Shown here piece after piece: positions 59,597-64,000 of a stretch of 64,000 nucleotides of DNA; the first letter of the stretch is position 1, and every line of letters begins with the position of its first letter. A program made the translations under genes and the position numbers. The DNA is from Clostridia bacterium. Lineage in GTDB: Bacteria; Bacillota; Clostridia; RGIG6154. The stretch covers positions 1 to 64,000 of the forward strand of contig JAZNOU010000020.1 of the NCBI GenBank assembly GCA_045589295.1. The letters are read 5' to 3'. Below the pieces are notes generated by a model that did not search any database, was not told where the DNA came from, and saw nothing but the letters and a program-made list of their open reading frames with translations.

Positions 59597-60141
59597 TACT
59601 TACCCCTCCACTGCTTTGCCACTTCCAACGCATGGTTAACTGCCTGTGTGACTGCCTTTGATGTTACTGTTGCACCTGATATTGCAAGAATATCACTGCT
59701 TGTTTTTGAAGTTTTACTTACACCAATGTTGCCGCTTCTTCCCTCATACTGAGATTTAAAGCTTTCCTTTGATGCATTTGCTCCAAGTCCTGGTGTTTCA
59801 CTCATTTCCAAAATGTCAATTTTGCTAATTGTCCCGTCATTTAAAATCCCGCTCATAACTTTAATGTCACCACCGTAGCCTTTGGCAGAATTAACAACTA
59901 AGACACCTGCTCTTTCTCCGTCCTTTACCGCTTCATAAACGGTGGCTGTTTCATCTTCGTGAAGCACATTATAGTTATCAGCAGGTATAATTTCAGCTAA
60001 AGCAGCATTCAACCTATCTTTAGCATTTTGCTCAATTACAGGAGCGGTAAGCTTATTTACATAGCTCATTGCAAAAGCAATAACTACAGCAATTACCACT
60101 AAAGTTACAATCATTTTCAAAGAAGAATTTTCTTTAGCCAT
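59596..60141 (-). CDS. rnfG: Rnf complex subunit G
   Basis: GYGG, ETPGLG, FMN-attachment motif ISGATVTS. Confidence 0.93.
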   Translation of the reverse strand: MAKENSSLKMIVTLVVIAVVIAFAMSYVNKLTAPVIEQNAKDRLNAALAEIIPADNYNVLHEDETATVYEAVKDGERAGVLVVNSAKGYGGDIKVMSGILNDGTISKIDILEMSETPGLGANASKESFKSQYEGRSGNIGVSKTSKTSSDILAISGATVTSKAVTQAVNHALEVAKQWRGK

Positions 60142-61093
60142 TTACCTTACCCCCTGTCTTGGGTTTTCCGTATATTCTGTTTTTTGTGTATGTATCAATA
60201 AGCGGAGTTACAATATTCATTAAAAGTATCGAGTAACTCACTCCCTCAGGAAGTGCACCAAACATTCTGATAACAACCGTTAATATACCAAGACCTAATG
60301 CATAAATAATATGTCCCGTACCTGACATAGGACTTGTAACATAATCTGTTGCCATAAACACCGCACCAAGCATAAGTCCGCCTGACAAAATATAATAAAG
60401 TCCATCACCGCCCAAAAGTTCAGTAAGTATAAATACAGTTAAAACATATATTGTAGGAATTCTCCATGTAATTACTTTTCGTACAAGAAGATAGATAAAT
60501 CCTATCAAAATTGCAAGGCTACTTACTTCGCCGATACAACCGCCTATATTCCCCAAAAACAGTGTGGTATACGAATAAGGCATTTGACCGCTTTCAGCTA
60601 AAACTCCTAGAGGGGTTGCAGTAGAAACCGCATCTGTAAAAAAGGACATTGTAAATTCAGGTGCTGTCCACTCTGTCATTAATACAGGCCAGCACAAAAG
60701 CATAAACGCCCTTCCTGCTAAAGCTGGATTAACAAAGTTATTACCAAGACCACCAAAAAACATTTTAACTACTATTATTGCAAAAGCACTTCCTGTAATT
60801 CCAAGCCAGTAAGGTGCAGAAACAGGCATATTAAAAGCTACCAGCATACCTGTAATAACCGCTGATAAATCGCCTATTGTGCTTGGTATTTTAAAAACTT
60901 TTTCCCAAGTCCATTCAAAAAACACACAAGACAAAACACAAATCAAAGTGTGCATAAGTGCGGGCAATCCAAAAAAATAAACAGATGCCAAAAGTGCAGG
61001 GATAAGTGCTATTATAACGTCTGCCATAAGTCCTTTTGTTGACTTCGCACTTCTTATGTGAGGTGCATAAGAAACAATTAAATTACTCATCAT
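60134..61093 (-). CDS. rnfD: Rnf complex subunit D
   Basis: FGGLGNNFVNPA, DAVSTATPL, GCIGE, FMATD. Confidence 0.95.
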   Translation of the reverse strand: MMSNLIVSYAPHIRSAKSTKGLMADVIIALIPALLASVYFFGLPALMHTLICVLSCVFFEWTWEKVFKIPSTIGDLSAVITGMLVAFNMPVSAPYWLGITGSAFAIIVVKMFFGGLGNNFVNPALAGRAFMLLCWPVLMTEWTAPEFTMSFFTDAVSTATPLGVLAESGQMPYSYTTLFLGNIGGCIGEVSSLAILIGFIYLLVRKVITWRIPTIYVLTVFILTELLGGDGLYYILSGGLMLGAVFMATDYVTSPMSGTGHIIYALGLGILTVVIRMFGALPEGVSYSILLMNIVTPLIDTYTKNRIYGKPKTGGKVNG

Positions 61094-61112
61094 TACTCTC
61101 CGTTTCTCAAAA

Positions 61113-62453
61113 TCAGCTGTTTTTTACCAAAGCCTTAGCCTTTTTTATATGCTGTACCATAAATCTTCTCTGTGGACAGATAAACGAACAAGAGCCGCAT
61201 TCCATACAATCTAAAACGTGATAGCTTTTGAGTTTTTCAACATCCTCATTTTCGGAAAACATGCTAAGTGCATTAGGCATAAGCCTCATAGGACATACAT
61301 CAACACATTTTCCGCATTTAATGCAAATTCCCTCTTCTTTTCCAAACGTTTCGGGCTGAGAAAATGCCAAAACTCCCGAAACACCTTTTATAACAGGCAT
61401 GCTTAAAGATGTCTGCGGAATACCCATCATAGGTCCGCCCATAATAATTTTCCTAGGTTCTACTTTAAATCCGCCTGCCGCTTCAAAAAGGCTTTCAAAG
61501 GTAACGCCCATTCTTACCAAAAAGTTTGATGGTCGGCTTACTGCATCGCCTGAAACAGTTATGTTTCTTTGAATGAGCGGCATATTCATAACAACAGCCT
61601 TAGAAACCGAACACGCCGTATCAACATTGGATACTAAAACCCCAACCGCAGACGGAAGTGCACCTGACGGAACCTGTCGGTTAGTAACAGCATTTATAAT
61701 CTGCTTTTCACTACCCTGAGGATATTTGGTCTTTAAAACACCTATTTCAACTAAGTTATAATCTGCAGCTACCTGTTCAAGCACTGCAATCGCATCAGGT
61801 TTGTTGTTTTCAATTGCTATAACAACTCTTTTTGCACCAACTGCTTTTTTTATAAGGAGTGCACCAATTACGATCTGGCGAGGATTTTCAAGCATTGCTC
61901 TGTGATCGGACGTGAGATAAGGCTCGCACTCTGCTCCATTTAAAATAACTGTATCAATCGGAGTTTCCTTTGGCGGCATCAATTTAACATGAAGTGGAAA
62001 TGCCGCGCCTCCCATACCTACAATACCGGCTTCTCTTACTTTAGCCACAATTTCTTCAGGTTTTATATCATCAATAAATTTATGTACACTCTGAGGACTT
62101 ACATCTAAATTCCATGGTTTTATCGAAGGATGAAGTGTATCTTTAAAATCATTTTGAATAACAACACAGTTTGCTTCCCCTCCACCTGGATGAGGATAAG
62201 TTTTTATGTCAATTACGGTGCCTGAAACCGAGCTGTGCACAGGTGCGCATACAAGCACATCGCTATCACCCACTTTTTGTCCCATTAAAACATCATCACC
62301 GACACTCACAACAGGTTCACATGGTGTTCCAATATGCTGACGCATAGGAATTATGATGGTTTCTGTTGGAATATGAGGAACGACAGGAACACTCTTTGTC
62401 AGTTCTTTGTTGTCATTAGGATGTATTCCACCCTTAAAGGTTTTTAATTTCAC
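61113..62453 (-). CDS. rnfC: Rnf complex subunit C
   Basis: GGIHP, QHIG, GMGGAAFP, NGAECEPY, YPQGSE, two 4Fe-4S motifs. Confidence 0.96.
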   Translation of the reverse strand: MKLKTFKGGIHPNDNKELTKSVPVVPHIPTETIIIPMRQHIGTPCEPVVSVGDDVLMGQKVGDSDVLVCAPVHSSVSGTVIDIKTYPHPGGGEANCVVIQNDFKDTLHPSIKPWNLDVSPQSVHKFIDDIKPEEIVAKVREAGIVGMGGAAFPLHVKLMPPKETPIDTVILNGAECEPYLTSDHRAMLENPRQIVIGALLIKKAVGAKRVVIAIENNKPDAIAVLEQVAADYNLVEIGVLKTKYPQGSEKQIINAVTNRQVPSGALPSAVGVLVSNVDTACSVSKAVVMNMPLIQRNITVSGDAVSRPSNFLVRMGVTFESLFEAAGGFKVEPRKIIMGGPMMGIPQTSLSMPVIKGVSGVLAFSQPETFGKEEGICIKCGKCVDVCPMRLMPNALSMFSENEDVEKLKSYHVLDCMECGSCSFICPQRRFMVQHIKKAKALVKNS

Positions 62454-62570
62454 GCTACCACTCCGTTCTTAACTTGCGTAAAAGTTAAAACATTCTTATT
62501 TATATATATTCCTACTGTTTTATTATACCATATAAATATCACTAATACAATAACTATTATAAAAAAAGAT

Positions 62571-62601
62571 AAAAGATGCATCTATATTAAAATGCATCTT
62601 T
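62571..62601 (-). terminator. Putative terminator after the heavy-metal ATPase
   Basis: AAAGATGCAT / ATGCATCTTT inverted repeat. Confidence 0.6.
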
Positions 62602-62607
62602 ACACTG

Positions 62608-64000
62608 CTATTTAAGTGTTCTTATTGAGTTGAAAATTGCAACAACAGATACACCGACATCAGCAAACACCGCCGCCCACATTCCCGCAAGCCCTGATGC
62701 ACCCAAAATCATAACCATAAATTTTACTGAAAGCGCAAAAATAATGTTGATTATCACAATTTTTATAGTTTTTCTTGAAAGTTTAATTGCTTCGGCAATT
62801 TTTAAAGGGTTATCCTCCATAAGCACAACATCTGCCGCTTCCATTGCCGCATCAGTTCCGTTTAATCCCATACCTACACCAACATCAGCCCTCATTAAAA
62901 CAGGGGCATCGTTTATCCCATCGCCTGCATAAAGGGTACAGCCTTTCGACATAATTTCTTCGAGTTTTTTTATCTTATCTTCGGGAAGTAAACCAAAATG
63001 CACTTCATCTACCCCAACATCGCGTGCAACTTTAATTGCTGATTTTTCTCTGTCTCCTGTAAGCATAGCTGTCTTTGTTATGCCAATACTTTTAAGTCTG
63101 TCCAGAGCACCTCTCGCATCTTTTTTAATTACATCCGAAATTACAATATACCCTAAGTATTTATCGTCAAATGATATGTGCACCACTGTACCAAAATCCT
63201 GGGCATCATCAACGTCTATTCCTGCCATTTTCATAAGCTTTGAATTGCCCGCATATATCTTACCGTCGCTTGTGCTTGAAATCACCCCAAGACCTGCAAT
63301 TTCATCACACTTTTTCACAAAAGATATATCTATTTCCTTGTTGTATGCTTTTTTTAATGAAACCGCTATAGGATGACCTGAAAAGCTTTCAGCAACCGCA
63401 GCATATTCCAAAAGCTTATTACTATCTGTACCAACAGCATTAATCTGGATTATTTTGAAAACTCCTTCGGTAAGGGTACCAGTCTTGTCAAAAACTGCAT
63501 TTTTAACTTTTGCAAGAGTTTCTATAACGCCGCCACCTTTAATAAGTATACCTTTTTTTGACGCCCCACCTACTGCGCTAAAAAACGCAAGTGGAACGGA
63601 TATGGCAAGTGCACACGGGCACGAAACCACCAAAAACAAAAGCCCTCTTTTAACCCATACATAAACAGACTGCCCTAAAAGCACAGGAATTACTGCAATC
63701 AAAATTGCACAAAGCACCACCAAAGGCGTGTAGTATTTTGCAAACTTTGTTATAAACTTTTCATGCACCGCCTTTTTACTTGCAGCAATTTCAACAAGCT
63801 CTAAAATTTTAGCAGCCGTCGATTGACCAAAACTTTTTGTTGTTCTTACTTTTATAACACCACTTAAATTAATACACCCGCTCAAAACATCGTCGCCCTC
63901 GCACAAAGCAACAGGAGCAGGTTCACCTGTTATGGCTTTTGTATCGACAGTTGTCTTGCCTGACACAACCACTCCATCAAGCGGAATTTTCTCACCTGGT
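62608..64000 (-). CDS. cadA: Zn/Cd-type heavy-metal P1B ATPase, 5' part beyond the window
   Basis: PGEKIPLDG, TGE, SCPC, DKTGTLT, HP, TGD, GDGINDAP, FADVG all intact. Confidence 0.93.
   Translation of the reverse strand, partial: PGEKIPLDGVVVSGKTTVDTKAITGEPAPVALCEGDDVLSGCINLSGVIKVRTTKSFGQSTAAKILELVEIAASKKAVHEKFITKFAKYYTPLVVLCAILIAVIPVLLGQSVYVWVKRGLLFLVVSCPCALAISVPLAFFSAVGGASKKGILIKGGGVIETLAKVKNAVFDKTGTLTEGVFKIIQINAVGTDSNKLLEYAAVAESFSGHPIAVSLKKAYNKEIDISFVKKCDEIAGLGVISSTSDGKIYAGNSKLMKMAGIDVDDAQDFGTVVHISFDDKYLGYIVISDVIKKDARGALDRLKSIGITKTAMLTGDREKSAIKVARDVGVDEVHFGLLPEDKIKKLEEIMSKGCTLYAGDGINDAPVLMRADVGVGMGLNGTDAAMEAADVVLMEDNPLKIAEAIKLSRKTIKIVIINIIFALSVKFMVMILGASGLAGMWAAVFADVGVSVVAIFNSIRTLK

Overview
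Almost the whole window (about 551-64000) is AT-rich core chromosome of a Clostridia-class Bacillota, with most genes on the minus strand. From left to right it holds an amino-sugar catabolic cluster (two NagB-like proteins, NagA, a Gfo/Idh/MocA oxidoreductase, AraC, MFS); a tightly packed 11-gene run (P-type-ATPase-like protein, Cof HAD, SAM methyltransferase, ecfA1A2T, truA, DUF5711-like, cvpA, rho, aldose epimerase); tRNA-Gly, PFOR and apbE; the rpmH-rnpA-yidD-yidC-jag-mnmE-mnmG-rsmG-noc cluster; metK, recD2/comF/queG; holB-ricT-ferredoxin-rsmI; a WalK-like kinase and guaB; a response regulator-kinase-GerMN lipoprotein trio; rnfCDGEAB; and a CadA-type ATPase running off the right edge. The first ~290 bp are strongly GC-rich (150 G+C in bases 1-240 by hand count) and join the AT-rich part across a tRNA-Gly/tRNA-Cys pair, most likely an assembly chimera. 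I saw no integrase, transposase, CRISPR array or phage gene. The main oddities are an intact full-length P1B-ATPase homolog that has lost its catalytic motifs, an AraC regulator with a dead receiver domain, the normally origin-linked rpmH cluster with no dnaA/oriC or parAB beside it, an MtrAB-LpqB-like trio whose kinase appears to need a non-canonical start codon, and the unusual Nag-like cluster. All calls come from reading motifs by eye; no database search was run.
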